Positions 38,283-48,051 of a stretch of 64,000 nucleotides of DNA are shown here, piece after piece; position 1 is the first letter of the stretch; each line of letters begins with the position of its first letter. A program made the translations under genes and the position numbers. The DNA comes from Escherichia phage CMS-2020a, in sequence record CP053388.1. One strand, given 5' to 3'. The notes beneath the pieces are model-generated. The model ran no database searches. It was not told the origin of the DNA and saw only the letters and a list, made by a program, of their open reading frames with translations.

Positions 38283-38467
38283 TAGGCAGCTCTCTCAACA
38301 ACAAGCAATTCGTCGTAGTCATAATCAGTTTCGGAACCATCCGTACCGAACAGAGTCACTTTGTCATTTTCCATCCAAAAAGATTTAACCGCACATTGTT
38401 GACCTTTAGATGTTATGAGCACATCACCAGGGATTACGTCTTCAGCGCGAACCTCTAGTGTTCTCAT
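38282..38467 (-). CDS. Small hypothetical protein
   Basis: 61 aa ORF coupled between neighbours. Confidence 0.35.
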   Translation of the reverse strand: MRTLEVRAEDVIPGDVLITSKGQQCAVKSFWMENDKVTLFGTDGSETDYDYDELLVVERAA

Positions 38468-38994
38468 CGTGCTGCCCCCTCTTTGGTGAAAATGCCTGCT
38501 GCAATGCTGTTTATGATGCTGTCAGTGCATGGAGTAGAAAGCTGGGCATCTCCAGCAATTTTCATGACCTCAACATCCGCATATCGAATACCGAGGTGTA
38601 TCAGACCGGCTATACCTGACTTAAGTCGAACATTTTCCATAAACAGATCTTTTTCCCGCTGTTTAGCGCCTTCCAACTCCATCGACAATTTTTCCAACTG
38701 CTCTTTATGCTTCTTGTATTCCTGATACGCGTGCCAAGACTGACCTTTGCGCACACTATCAGTGATATCAGCAACCTGCTCTGGTGTTAGCGTGGTCAGT
38801 GGCTGTGCTGGAAAAATCATCACTTGCCCGGCATCCCAATCAAAACCCGCCTGAATTGACTGAACCTCAACTGATGGTGTTGAACCGATGCGACCAGGCG
38901 AATGAACAACGATCGTTACATCCATATCGCGACGATGGCTGTGGTTGTTGGACAAAATACGATTCACCAACTCAGAAAATTTGGATAATTTCAT
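38464..38994 (-). CDS. Hypothetical protein (start adjusted to [10 protein letters not shown])
   Basis: Internal Met at 38994 gives an ATGA overlap with the upstream gene; the track ORF extends to 39123. Confidence 0.45.
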   Translation of the reverse strand: MKLSKFSELVNRILSNNHSHRRDMDVTIVVHSPGRIGSTPSVEVQSIQAGFDWDAGQVMIFPAQPLTTLTPEQVADITDSVRKGQSWHAYQEYKKHKEQLEKLSMELEGAKQREKDLFMENVRLKSGIAGLIHLGIRYADVEVMKIAGDAQLSTPCTDSIINSIAAGIFTKEGAAR

Positions 38995-39314
38995 GCTGAT
39001 CTCTCTTTCTCTCCCCGGATAATTCTGTTGCACACATCCACACACTCGTCGCAGATGAAAACGGCGTCCCCAGCAATTAACTTTTTGACGGCGTACTGGG
39101 ATTTGTTGCAGAAGCTGCAACAAAGTGTTCGCCTGACTGATAAGGATGGAGCGCCAGATGTCAGCCGCTCCATATCGTTCTTGCGACGCAATATCACACG
39201 GCTGAACTCAACCAGTTTCTCCGGGGATATCTCCTCCTCCGTAGCGAGCGTCTCTAGTCGTTCGAGTATGTTGAAGGCTTTTTCTTGGGTAATAGCAGAG
39301 TGCGATGTGGTCAT
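38991..39314 (-). CDS. ClpX N-terminal zinc-binding-domain-like protein
   Basis: C-terminal [38 protein letters not shown] closely matches the E. coli ClpX C4 zinc-finger region ([37 protein letters not shown]); no AAA+ domain follows. Confidence 0.7.
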   Translation of the reverse strand: MTTSHSAITQEKAFNILERLETLATEEEISPEKLVEFSRVILRRKNDMERLTSGAPSLSVRRTLCCSFCNKSQYAVKKLIAGDAVFICDECVDVCNRIIRGEKERSA

Positions 39315-39712
39315 TTTCTTTCACCTTCAATGTTCGTGGCGCTGGCACGATTGTCCTTGCGAAGAAGAGCGGCTATGCGCTTACTTCCATCCGAGATAAC
39401 GCCCTCGTAATACTCACGCTGCTCGTTGAGTTTTGATTTTGCCAACTCCAGTTGTTTTGTTAGTTCCGCAATACGGCAAACATCGTTGATACGCGTTTCC
39501 TCTAATGCGTTGATCTCATCCAGTAGTGCCAGCACGGTTTCTGGTCCGGCCAGAAATTTGAAGGCGTTGAGGGCATCAATATCAACACCGCTATCTTTAA
39601 GTTCCTGTTCGCATATCAGATCATCATCAACTGGCAACATTAACAGGCGTTCCATTGCCGGAATTGCACGCTCTGCCGCCTCACGCAGTGCCTGATAGTC
39701 AATCTTGCTCAC
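39311..39712 (-). CDS. Hypothetical protein
   Basis: 133 aa, coupled. Confidence 0.45.
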   Translation of the reverse strand: MSKIDYQALREAAERAIPAMERLLMLPVDDDLICEQELKDSGVDIDALNAFKFLAGPETVLALLDEINALEETRINDVCRIAELTKQLELAKSKLNEQREYYEGVISDGSKRIAALLRKDNRASATNIEGERK

Positions 39713-40209
39713 TGGATGACTCCTTTACGAAGCTGTTCAGCAATACTTACGCATATCTCTGCGCCTCTAATCAGCCCCGGAACGTTCTTGTTTGGCCCAA
39801 CTTCACCATCAACAAAATCAATCATCGCGTTACGAGCCATATCCACGCCCTGCGCACGTACTTCAGCCAGAAAAGCATCGGTGGCTGGAGTCTCCGTCAA
39901 TTCGCTAACCCAATTATCTCCGTGTTCCTCGGCACACATCGCATCGAATGCTCGCTCAGATTCTTTCAGGGCTGCATTCTCCGCCGCTAATGCGTCTCTT
40001 TGCGCCAGCAACTTCTCAATTTCGGCAGCCATGTAGTAACCAACCATAGCGAAGACGGCAAAAGAGTTATCTGCCTCATCAGGCGACACTGAGGCCATTA
40101 GCAGGCCATCGTAAAAATCGTGACTCCCATTGGTGATCGCCACCGCATAGGAGTCGTGGTTCTCGCGCTTGTGAATGAGAACTACGGGATTTTCGATTTT
40201 GTTACTCAT
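39709..40209 (-). CDS. Hypothetical protein
   Basis: 166 aa; motif A variant at 40282-40296 upstream. Confidence 0.5.
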   Translation of the reverse strand: MSNKIENPVVLIHKRENHDSYAVAITNGSHDFYDGLLMASVSPDEADNSFAVFAMVGYYMAAEIEKLLAQRDALAAENAALKESERAFDAMCAEEHGDNWVSELTETPATDAFLAEVRAQGVDMARNAMIDFVDGEVGPNKNVPGLIRGAEICVSIAEQLRKGVIQ

Positions 40210-40347
40210 GTGTTTTTCTCTTCTTTGCTGTTACATAAGCACTACCAAGTGCTGGTTTATTTTCACAAATAAGAAAAGGTAGAAAACAATTTATTTAAGG
40301 CCACAACTTATGGCCTTTATTTATTCATGCCGAAGGATTTGTAGCGT

Positions 40348-40728
40348 CTAATTGCCGGATAAAATGGGGTGAGGTGCTTGCCAGTAGGCTCCACCGTTCC
40401 ATGTGAACCCCATGCGAATAAGAGTGTTTATTGCGGCTTTGGTAGCCTCCGATTCGACACTGGCTTTTCGAAACTCTTGAACCTCTTTCGCCAACTTGTA
40501 TGTAATTGTGCAGGGGACGATTGCAGCCCAGCCTTTCTCATGACTGTTAATGACCATCTGGATGTGACCATCCAGAATAGGTTGATTAGGCATGTTATTG
40601 AAAATGTCTGCCTGTTTTTGAATGTGAAGAAAAAGCCTTGCCAGCTCCATTTGCTCACTCCGAGACAAGGGATTATCAAGAGGGCTTTTTGCAAAAGCGG
40701 CTACACGCTGTGCGTCAATGCCAAACAT
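40348..40728 (-). CDS. Hypothetical protein
   Basis: 126 aa ORF. Confidence 0.45.
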   Translation of the reverse strand: MFGIDAQRVAAFAKSPLDNPLSRSEQMELARLFLHIQKQADIFNNMPNQPILDGHIQMVINSHEKGWAAIVPCTITYKLAKEVQEFRKASVESEATKAAINTLIRMGFTWNGGAYWQAPHPILSGN

Positions 40729-41432
40729 CAGCGCACCTCACCATCTTTATGGCTGGAGTTAACTTCCGCCATTAAATGTCTGACGTAATCGACAAGAGAG
40801 CCACCTGGTGGAATCTGGCATTCCTCGACTAACTGGAAGTAGATATCCGCAGCATTACGTGTATTGCTACCCGCACATATTCTTTCTTCCCGAAGTGCAT
40901 GAAGCTCGTTGATCAAACGGTCACACTCTCCGTTACGCTGATCCACAACGGCCTCAAGCTCTGCGACGCGTTCACCTGGCGTCTTACCTTCTTTGCGTTG
41001 GATGGTAACGACGAAATCGCCAATTTCCGGGACGTTGTAATCCAGCTCAAGGTAGTTTTTGGCACCGCTGCGGACGAACTCACCCGCGAACATGGTAGCG
41101 AACATCGCAGAGGCCACTTCGCCGTTGAAAAGTGACTCCAGATCTAACGGAGTACCGGCAGCAAGAGCCTCTTTTGCTGTATCCATTGCATCCATGAACC
41201 GATCAAACTCATTGGCGCGCTTTTCCAGGTTTTTCCATTGCTCGCTCCAACGTTTGGCAACGAAGTCTATGAATGTTTTCGCGGATTCATCAAAATTCCC
41301 CTCAAACTTAACGATGCCTTTATCAATAATGATCTGGCCTACCGCATCCTCTGCATAACCTTTCAATGTAAACTTGAAAGGAAAATCGGAATGGCCTGTG
41401 ACGTTAAAATGCTCTAACTGGAGGTTGCTCAT
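40728..41432 (-). CDS. Hypothetical protein
   Basis: 234 aa; motif B at 41475-41495 upstream. Confidence 0.5.
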   Translation of the reverse strand: MSNLQLEHFNVTGHSDFPFKFTLKGYAEDAVGQIIIDKGIVKFEGNFDESAKTFIDFVAKRWSEQWKNLEKRANEFDRFMDAMDTAKEALAAGTPLDLESLFNGEVASAMFATMFAGEFVRSGAKNYLELDYNVPEIGDFVVTIQRKEGKTPGERVAELEAVVDQRNGECDRLINELHALREERICAGSNTRNAADIYFQLVEECQIPPGGSLVDYVRHLMAEVNSSHKDGEVR

Positions 41433-41492
41433 GTGTTTTCTCTTATCGTTTAGTTACTACATTCTTACATAAACTAAGTAAGTATTTACCTA

Positions 41493-43178
41493 TCATTTAA
41501 CGCGTTTGAAAACGTATACGCTGACTGTGATCCCTGTGTCTTCAAACTCGTTGGTAAACGACTTCCCTCTGGCATAAACGTAATTATCCATCGTCATCCA
41601 GTCCAGTATTGGCGCAGTGCCCGGCAATACTGCTACAAGACGCCCGCCGACTTTCAGATGCCCCAGCGCAGCCAGCGTGTGCTCTCTATGACGACCAAGC
41701 GAGTACGGCGGGTTCATAACGATTTTGTCGAACTGATAACCTACGTTGTCCTCAGACCACTTTATGAAGTCGCAGCAAATCGTGTTCGTATACCCTTTTC
41801 CGCGCAGGATATCAGCGAAGAGAGGTGCGATTTCTATGCAGGTAACATCTTCCAGATCGGCGTTGATATAGGCCAGAAGATCCCCACGTCCGGCTTGAGG
41901 CTCCAGCAGCTTCTCACCAGACTTCAATTCAGTGGCTCTGGCAACGTACTCAGCAATCAAGCGTGGGGTAGGGTAGAACTGGTGTGATTTTGTATCCGGT
42001 ATTAATCCGGTAGCCACAATCGTATTTAGCGTATGGCCGATCTCATACGGGAACTGCCAGTGTTTTTTCTCCTGCACGCCGCCAATGAAGCTCAGTGTGC
42101 GCTCAAGCTCTTCCACCTGCGACTTCTGGAGAGCTGAATCAGAGAAGTACCATACGCCTTTGTCTTTGCTCAATCGCCCGTCACGAAGCGCAGTGCGAAC
42201 CGGCACGGAGATCGTCTTCTGGATTAACCCGAACTGCTTTGGTGCCCGTGTTTTTGGCGCAGTTCGGCATGGCGCGGGGATTGCAGCAGGCATACTGTAA
42301 GCCAGCACCTCATTCAACTTCCAGGCCACGTCAGGATGTATTTCAAAGTGAACGTTGCCGTTCTTGAACATCTTCACGCGCATCAGATTTCCATCGACGT
42401 TCATCCAGTCACCGGTCTGGCAGTCGTTTGCTCGATACGCAGCTGATAGCACCTCAGCAGTGCGGTTGATGGTAATAAATTCTTTGTGCGCGAAGAAATG
42501 AAGCAAGACACGCAGATCGTCGATGTAGTCCTCTTTGCGATAGTTCACGCTAACGCTGTCCCGCCAGAAATCAGAAATGCAGTCAGCGATTATCAGACGC
42601 TCGCTGAAACCGTTTGTCTTATTTGTCTTGTGCGCAGGACTCAGCGCCTTAAACAAGCCATACACGCGCTCAGAGAGATATTTGTGCCTGTCATTCAGCA
42701 AATTAAGCATCGTGGGTATGACCGTTTCTGCTTTGAACTCCGGTACACCAACGAACTCTTTAACCTTCATCTGGTAGCCGGTTCTGTCAGTTTTGATGAC
42801 TTCCTGTTTGCCCTCTATAAACTGCTCGCGCCACTCATCTCGACGGGAAGCTGGCATGATCAGCAAAACGTTAGTCATGTCCGTGACCTTCCTCCAGTAC
42901 TCGGCCCAAATATTCTGTTTCACCCATTCCAGATCGACTTTATCCAACCAACCTCGATTTAAACGCGAGCGATCTTCATCTGGTCGATGGTTTAGTCTCA
43001 GCAGGCGATTAATCATGTTGTGGCGTTCGTCGCCATAAACGAAGTCGTGTACCTGATACATGAAGGCGATCTCTTTCTCGCACTCGGCCACAATTTCGTG
43101 GATGACGTTCATTTCCTGCCGATAGTCGATAGCAGTGTTTGAGTTGGCATCGTCGATGATGGAAAGGGCTGTATTCAT
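41493..43178 (-). CDS. Large protein with C-terminal N6-adenine (or N4-cytosine) methyltransferase domain
   Basis: FYPTPRLIAEY, motif I-like LEPQAGRGDLL, then motif IV IVMNPPYS within the last about 180 aa; N-terminal about 380 aa of unknown function. Confidence 0.55.
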   Translation of the reverse strand: MNTALSIIDDANSNTAIDYRQEMNVIHEIVAECEKEIAFMYQVHDFVYGDERHNMINRLLRLNHRPDEDRSRLNRGWLDKVDLEWVKQNIWAEYWRKVTDMTNVLLIMPASRRDEWREQFIEGKQEVIKTDRTGYQMKVKEFVGVPEFKAETVIPTMLNLLNDRHKYLSERVYGLFKALSPAHKTNKTNGFSERLIIADCISDFWRDSVSVNYRKEDYIDDLRVLLHFFAHKEFITINRTAEVLSAAYRANDCQTGDWMNVDGNLMRVKMFKNGNVHFEIHPDVAWKLNEVLAYSMPAAIPAPCRTAPKTRAPKQFGLIQKTISVPVRTALRDGRLSKDKGVWYFSDSALQKSQVEELERTLSFIGGVQEKKHWQFPYEIGHTLNTIVATGLIPDTKSHQFYPTPRLIAEYVARATELKSGEKLLEPQAGRGDLLAYINADLEDVTCIEIAPLFADILRGKGYTNTICCDFIKWSEDNVGYQFDKIVMNPPYSLGRHREHTLAALGHLKVGGRLVAVLPGTAPILDWMTMDNYVYARGKSFTNEFEDTGITVSVYVFKRVK

Positions 43179-43281
43179 AATTGCACCATTAAGAAGTGAT
43201 TTGTTTAATGGTGCAATTATTTCAAAAATGAAAAGGTACTAAATAGAAATAAACAGGCAATCGTTCAAATAAAGGCATTGG

Positions 43282-43953
43282 CTAATCATACTTGGAGGTA
43301 TTTATCACCAGAATTTTGTTTGTATAAATCTTCTTAATATCCCATGTGACATTACCGGAATACCATTGACCGTTATATACTTGGTTTCCAGTTGCACCTG
43401 TCATTGTTACATAGACAGGTCTGTCGTAATCGGTTCGTCTATAGTTATATACCCCAACCATAGCAGGCATTACCGCACATGGATACCCCATATCTATTGT
43501 AAATTGAGGGTCAGAAATAGTGATAAGTTTCGCATCAAGGGGCATCATCTCACCGTGATACACCATTGCGCCTGCGCTGTTATACATGGCAATGCCATAG
43601 CCAGAATGTGGTAACACCATATCAGAAAAAGCATAAACTGTTATTGTTCCGGGGCTACCATTTACCTGATGCAATCTGAGAGCATTGTATCCGTTACTAT
43701 GCTCATGAATAAACATCATGTTCGCCTTATTACTGCTTTTTATGAAGAAAAAGCATGATTTGTTTGATGGGATTGATGTTTGAAAAACAGAACCTTTAGA
43801 TGTAGACATTGTCCCTTTATTAATCAGATTTTGCGGAGTAAATTCTGGACTCATCCACAAACTTCCATCTGATTGAGTAATTGACATCCCGAACATAATT
43901 ATCCCCAGTATGTGTATATGTAAGAACCAAGCCCCGTATATAAATTTGACCAA
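43282..43953 (-). CDS. Beta-rich N/Y/G/T-rich protein, AT-rich gene (possible C-terminal part of a split gene)
   Basis: 223 aa ORF overlapping the 3' end of ORF 43899-44180 in another frame; AT-rich DNA. Confidence 0.4.
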   Translation of the reverse strand: MVKFIYGAWFLHIHILGIIMFGMSITQSDGSLWMSPEFTPQNLINKGTMSTSKGSVFQTSIPSNKSCFFFIKSSNKANMMFIHEHSNGYNALRLHQVNGSPGTITVYAFSDMVLPHSGYGIAMYNSAGAMVYHGEMMPLDAKLITISDPQFTIDMGYPCAVMPAMVGVYNYRRTDYDRPVYVTMTGATGNQVYNGQWYSGNVTWDIKKIYTNKILVINTSKYD

Positions 43954-44180
43954 CTAACCGTATTTCCATTAATAGTAACTGTTGGAACAGGTAAATTAAT
44001 GTAGTTGTCGTTGTTAAGAGGCATCAATGACCACACGGCATGTAGCGATTTACCCGGTGGCGGATTGGAGTACGTCTTAGAGCCTGATGACGCAGTAAAT
44101 CGATCAAGAAAAAAAATAGGAGTAAGGAAGCCAGTAACGTTAATTCCTTTATTGTTGTAAATCCCTGTACCGTATGACAT
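43899..44180 (-). CDS. N/Y/G/T-rich protein, possible N-terminal part of a split or frameshifted gene
   Basis: 93 aa ORF of similar composition overlapping the next ORF. Confidence 0.35.
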   Translation of the reverse strand: MSYGTGIYNNKGINVTGFLTPIFFLDRFTASSGSKTYSNPPPGKSLHAVWSLMPLNNDNYINLPVPTVTINGNTVSWSNLYTGLGSYIYTYWG

Positions 44181-44234
44181 TTTTCACCCTTGTTTTTATC
44201 AACACAATATGGCCGATCATGCGGCCATATCAGA

Positions 44235-44804
44235 TCAATTAGAGCTTTGAAAGACTTTGTGTGGTTGTGTTGCGAGGTTATGTCGATGGCTTAACTCACG
44301 CATCATGTCTTCAAGCCGACTCTTTGTGTCGTCGAGTTGGTCGGCCATTGCTCCCAAAAGCTGACGAACGGCCATCGGATCATCGCTGTTTAGTGATGGC
44401 ATTTTATAACCCGCCTGAGAAGACATAAGATTGAACGCAGACATCAACATCGTTAGAGAGGATTTAAGCCCAGCAATTTCACGATCTTTGCTGGCAATAA
44501 TCGCCTCACTCTTGTTAGTGTCATCAGTTCGTTGAGTCTCGCTCACCATATCCAAAGTCGCCTGCAACTTATCAGCGCGCTCTTTTTCAGCAAGATAATG
44601 AACACCGAAATGATGTGCTAAAGCTACAACCTGAGTTGGCTCTTCAAAGGTGGACTCAAAATTAAGTGCTGTAACCACTCTCTCAAATATGGAAACGTCT
44701 TCTATTCCTCGAAGAATGGCTAACATTTTGACCAGTTCATTAGCATCCATTTCTTCGAATAAGGCGTTTTGTTCATCAGCTATCGCTTTGCATTTCTTGC
44801 ACAT
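44235..44804 (-). CDS. Hypothetical protein
   Basis: 189 aa; motif A at 44823-44837 upstream. Confidence 0.5.
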   Translation of the reverse strand: MCKKCKAIADEQNALFEEMDANELVKMLAILRGIEDVSIFERVVTALNFESTFEEPTQVVALAHHFGVHYLAEKERADKLQATLDMVSETQRTDDTNKSEAIIASKDREIAGLKSSLTMLMSAFNLMSSQAGYKMPSLNSDDPMAVRQLLGAMADQLDDTKSRLEDMMRELSHRHNLATQPHKVFQSSN

Positions 44805-44943
44805 GTGTTTTTCCTAATGCTTAAACAAGTTGTTTTCTTATTGGCTTTATTGTGATGTGGCATAAAAGGGGAGCAAGCTAAACGTAAAGGTGCAAACTCT
44901 CTATTTCGGTCAACGAAACACAAGGGCCATTTGGCCCTTGTCA

Positions 44944-45102
44944 TTAACACGTTGCTTTACGGACTAGCGGATAAGCGAAGTAGATCGCCAGACCAATGAG
45001 GACGCCATCAGAAATGACAGACATCATCTTTCCCGTAAAATCCACCAACACCGCCATCACCAGAAGAGCAATGACGATCACAAGCCGGAATCTCTCAAGC
45101 AT
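44944..45102 (-). CDS. Small hydrophobic membrane protein (52 aa)
   Basis: MLERFRLVIVIALLVMAVLVDF...; ATG overlaps the stop of the upstream gene; below the track cutoff. Confidence 0.35.
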   Translation of the reverse strand: MLERFRLVIVIALLVMAVLVDFTGKMMSVISDGVLIGLAIYFAYPLVRKATC

Positions 45103-45527
45103 TAGAGATAAGCATCCAGTGACAACTGAAGCGCCTGGGCGATCTTTTTCAGTGCCTGCTCTTCTTGTTCACCAATGCCGTCCTGATCGGCAATATCAAG
45201 GCACAGACACAGAACATCGACCGCCTCTGGAGTACCCGCAATATCAGACAGCTCACGAATAGCCTGTGCATTAGCAGAACGAGGGGACGCTTCGTAACGA
45301 GCACGGATATTGGCGCTCATTTGGGCAATTTCACCAGCAAACGGAGAAAACGCAGGCAGAGCTGCAATTGTCTTCTCAAGAATGGCAATTTCTTTTGCGT
45401 CACATGTGCCGTCGGCATAGGAGATCATGTACGCGCCCCACACGGTGGCCTCAACCGCATCACGGTTCTCCATTTTTTTGACTTCGATAACAGCTTTACG
45501 AGTTTTCTTTTTGAAGAAACCTAACAT
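45102..45527 (-). CDS. TerB-like protein (tentative)
   Basis: 141 aa with composition reminiscent of the tellurite-resistance TerB fold; motif A at 45551-45566 upstream. Weak. Confidence 0.35.
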   Translation of the reverse strand: MLGFFKKKTRKAVIEVKKMENRDAVEATVWGAYMISYADGTCDAKEIAILEKTIAALPAFSPFAGEIAQMSANIRARYEASPRSANAQAIRELSDIAGTPEAVDVLCLCLDIADQDGIGEQEEQALKKIAQALQLSLDAYL

Positions 45528-45620
45528 GTGCTTTCCTTTTATTATTTGTCAAAACAAGTTGTTTTCTAATTACATAAATTGCTTACGCAGAGATGGTCAA
45601 TGCATATGCACTAACAGCCG

Positions 45621-45809
45621 TCAGAAATAACCAAGTACCGAACCAACTGGAAAAACAAAAATCCCAACAACACGAGCCAAGGTCATACCAGCCTGAAACT
45701 GGAGATCGCCAGAGCAAACAAGTTTTATAATGTTCGATACCCAACCGGCGGCCATGAGGGCAAGAATTGCCAGCCAAATTTTTCCAAAGTGATTTGAAAA
45801 CCAGTTCAT
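45621..45809 (-). CDS. Small membrane protein (holin-like, tentative)
   Basis: 62 aa with two hydrophobic segments (IWLAILALMAAGWV, VVGIFVFPVGSVLGYF). Confidence 0.4.
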   Translation of the reverse strand: MNWFSNHFGKIWLAILALMAAGWVSNIIKLVCSGDLQFQAGMTLARVVGIFVFPVGSVLGYF

Positions 45810-45818
45810 ACAACCGCC

Positions 45819-46313
45819 TTAGTCACAGCATGATCCTGAGTAACTGGATGAACTTGAGGTATCGCATCCACCGTCATCCCATCCAGAGTGACAGGACGCT
45901 CTACTGGAGTGGTGGTAATTGTCGTCGACGAAGGTGTGGTGGTGGATGAATCCGGCATCAAAAGGCTCTGACCGGCTGGAACGGCTACCGTCGCCAGTGA
46001 AACTATAATGAGAACGTAGGCCATTGGTTTCAGCCTCTTTCTTTGAAAATTTTCCATTCGAACTGTCCTTGTTGTTTTTCTCCTTCACTAAAGGCCGTGC
46101 ATTTTTCGCTTCGCGTGAAGAACCAGAGGCAACAATCGCCCCCACGTTCGCAACAACTGACGCTTGATTATCTAAACGTTCATTCAGCAACCGAACGGTA
46201 GTCTCTAGTTCTTCAAGGCGTGACATAACACGACCGCTAAATAATTCGGCCAAAATTTGACGTAAAGAACGAGGGCGTTTAGTTACAGAAGTGAAATAGG
46301 TTTGACGTGCCAT
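45819..46313 (-). CDS. Hypothetical protein (reading frame uncertain)
   Basis: 164 aa ORF whose C-terminal low-complexity tail overlaps an 83-aa ORF (45806-46057) with an N-terminal hydrophobic anchor in another frame. Confidence 0.35.
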   Translation of the reverse strand: MARQTYFTSVTKRPRSLRQILAELFSGRVMSRLEELETTVRLLNERLDNQASVVANVGAIVASGSSREAKNARPLVKEKNNKDSSNGKFSKKEAETNGLRSHYSFTGDGSRSSRSEPFDAGFIHHHTFVDDNYHHSSRASCHSGWDDGGCDTSSSSSYSGSCCD

Positions 46314-46461
46314 GTGGACTCCATCCAGTGTCAGAAAGAGTTGCGGCTGGCGATTGCCAGCCGCCTTTCTCGTTCCATCCTGGAACTGTGTCTTACCGAC
46401 ACATTGTCATCCTGACGCCGATAAGATACATGATTTAAAATGATAGGTAAACACTTACTTA

Positions 46462-47052
46462 CTATTTATTATAAACAAAACCAATATCTTTCTTGTGAGG
46501 CATATCTGCTGCTGAAAAAGCTGCGATCTTCGCGAGTCGATCACATATTTCATTTTCACGATGCCCGGCGTGACCTTTAACCCACTTCCAGCGAACATTA
46601 TGTCGACTTGCGGCCTCATCCAGACGCTTCCACAGATCAACATTCTTTACCGGTTTTTTGTCAGAAGTCATCCATCCATTGCGTTTCCACCATTTCATCC
46701 ACTGTGTCATGCCGTTTTTCAGATACTGGCTATCAGAGTGCAAAATAACGTTGCATGGATATTTCAAACGCTCCAGCCCGATAAGTGCCCCCATCATCTC
46801 CATGCGGTTATTGGTGGTGCTATGAAAACCATCTGAGAACTCGCGTTCCTCTCCACGATACTGAAGAACGATACCGTAACCGCCCGGGCCACCCGGATTT
46901 TTAAGGCAAGAGCCATCACTGAAGATTTTCACGGTTTTAAGCTGGGGATTGAACTCTACGACAGGCGTTGTGGGATTGGTGCGGGGAGAATTTTTGTTTT
47001 TGGCTTTTTTGCGAGTTTTCGCTTGCGATCGGGCTGGTGTCTTCGTCGTCAT
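46462..47052 (-). CDS. rnhA: Ribonuclease HI (start adjusted to MTTKTPARS)
   Basis: Strong match to E. coli RnhA ([75 protein letters not shown]) with a basic N-terminal extension. Confidence 0.9.
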   Translation of the reverse strand: MTTKTPARSQAKTRKKAKNKNSPRTNPTTPVVEFNPQLKTVKIFSDGSCLKNPGGPGGYGIVLQYRGEEREFSDGFHSTTNNRMEMMGALIGLERLKYPCNVILHSDSQYLKNGMTQWMKWWKRNGWMTSDKKPVKNVDLWKRLDEAASRHNVRWKWVKGHAGHRENEICDRLAKIAAFSAADMPHKKDIGFVYNK

Positions 47053-47136
47053 ATAAACTCCTGAATCAAGCGCCGCGCCGATTTTTCCTCGCGCGTGCGC
47101 ACACGCGTGCGTGTTAATAATTATTAAAATAAACAA

Positions 47137-47635
47137 ATTACTTCCCAGAACAGGTTTTTATAAACCTGAACTGAACGAACGAAGTGAGTGAAGTTCACCT
47201 CGAACGAAGTGAGAGGTTGTCTTTTCAGGTAATACTCTCCCAGGGAGGTGAGTATAAAAATCTCTCACCAACCTGGTCGTTTCATAACCTGAAAAGTTAT
47301 GGTCTAAGTCTACTGCCAGCTTAGACTTGGGAAGTTATGGATGACAGCACCCCAGAACCGAGATCTTCCCACACTTTATGAAGGGGAGTACTGGATTCAA
47401 CCTCTCGAAACACCCCAGACTCGACAATCATAAAGTGACCCTTGTCTCTGCTCACTTTGGTTCCCCCTTCCCCGACACCTAAACGGCACCAGTTCTACGC
47501 TGGTAGTGAGCTTTTTTTAAACCTGACGCCAGTGACGCTTACCCCCACCCATCAGGTCGAGTCTCCAGTCTACGACTGGAAACTATCAGATCTTAGCACT
47601 TACAATTCACTTTATGAATAGTTTGTACTTATCTA
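47137..47635. other. About 500-bp non-coding region with several stem-loops and short direct repeats
   Basis: Direct repeat cgaacgaagtgag (x2), hairpin caggtttttataaacctg, long-range inverted repeat cttttcaggt...acctgaaaag; no ORF of 60 aa or more with an RBS. Confidence 0.4.
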
Positions 47636-47866
47636 TCATTGTGATTGATTATTTTCTCTACCATGTAGTTGAACATTCAAGGCAAACACCTCATTGATCA
47701 ACTCACCTAAAAGCTGTTCAACAAGTTCGCGATGCTCGCCAAGATGCAAGCACTTAATTGCCCATTCGTACAAGTTGAAAGCCTGCTCACGATCTTTCAT
47801 CATTTCACGAGCCTGGGCCAGAAAATCGCTCTCTACGAGCGCAACGACATTAGTCGGGTATGACAT
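47636..47866 (-). CDS. Hypothetical protein (start adjusted to MSYPTNVV)
   Basis: RBS AAGGAAA before ATG at 47866. Confidence 0.45.
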   Translation of the reverse strand: MSYPTNVVALVESDFLAQAREMMKDREQAFNLYEWAIKCLHLGEHRELVEQLLGELINEVFALNVQLHGRENNQSQ

Positions 47867-47952
47867 GTTGGTTTCCTTAAAGTGGTTCATAAAATCGATT
47901 TTAAAGCGTCTGGGAAGGGGTTCTAGTGGATTCTGTAGTGATGTTCAGGTCT

Positions 47953-48020
47953 GGAGTCTCTGATACAAAGCTGCCTGCTTCCGTATATTAATAATTAATA
48001 TGTAGTTATTTATATATACA
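47953..48020. promoter_or_regulatory. Imperfect palindrome, copy 2
   Basis: gcctgcttccgtatatt...atatatacagaagcaggc; near-identical arms to the 17868-17922 copy. Confidence 0.5.
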
Positions 48021-48051
48021 GAAGCAGGCTAATTACAGACGCCAGAACAAA

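Noticed and set aside
35880-47640. tRNA genes in the AT-rich non-coding regions (35880-36620 and 47137-47635)
   Set aside because: No GTTCRANYC T-loop-like sequence flanked by a 5-bp stem found on either strand; tRNAscan-SE should still be run.
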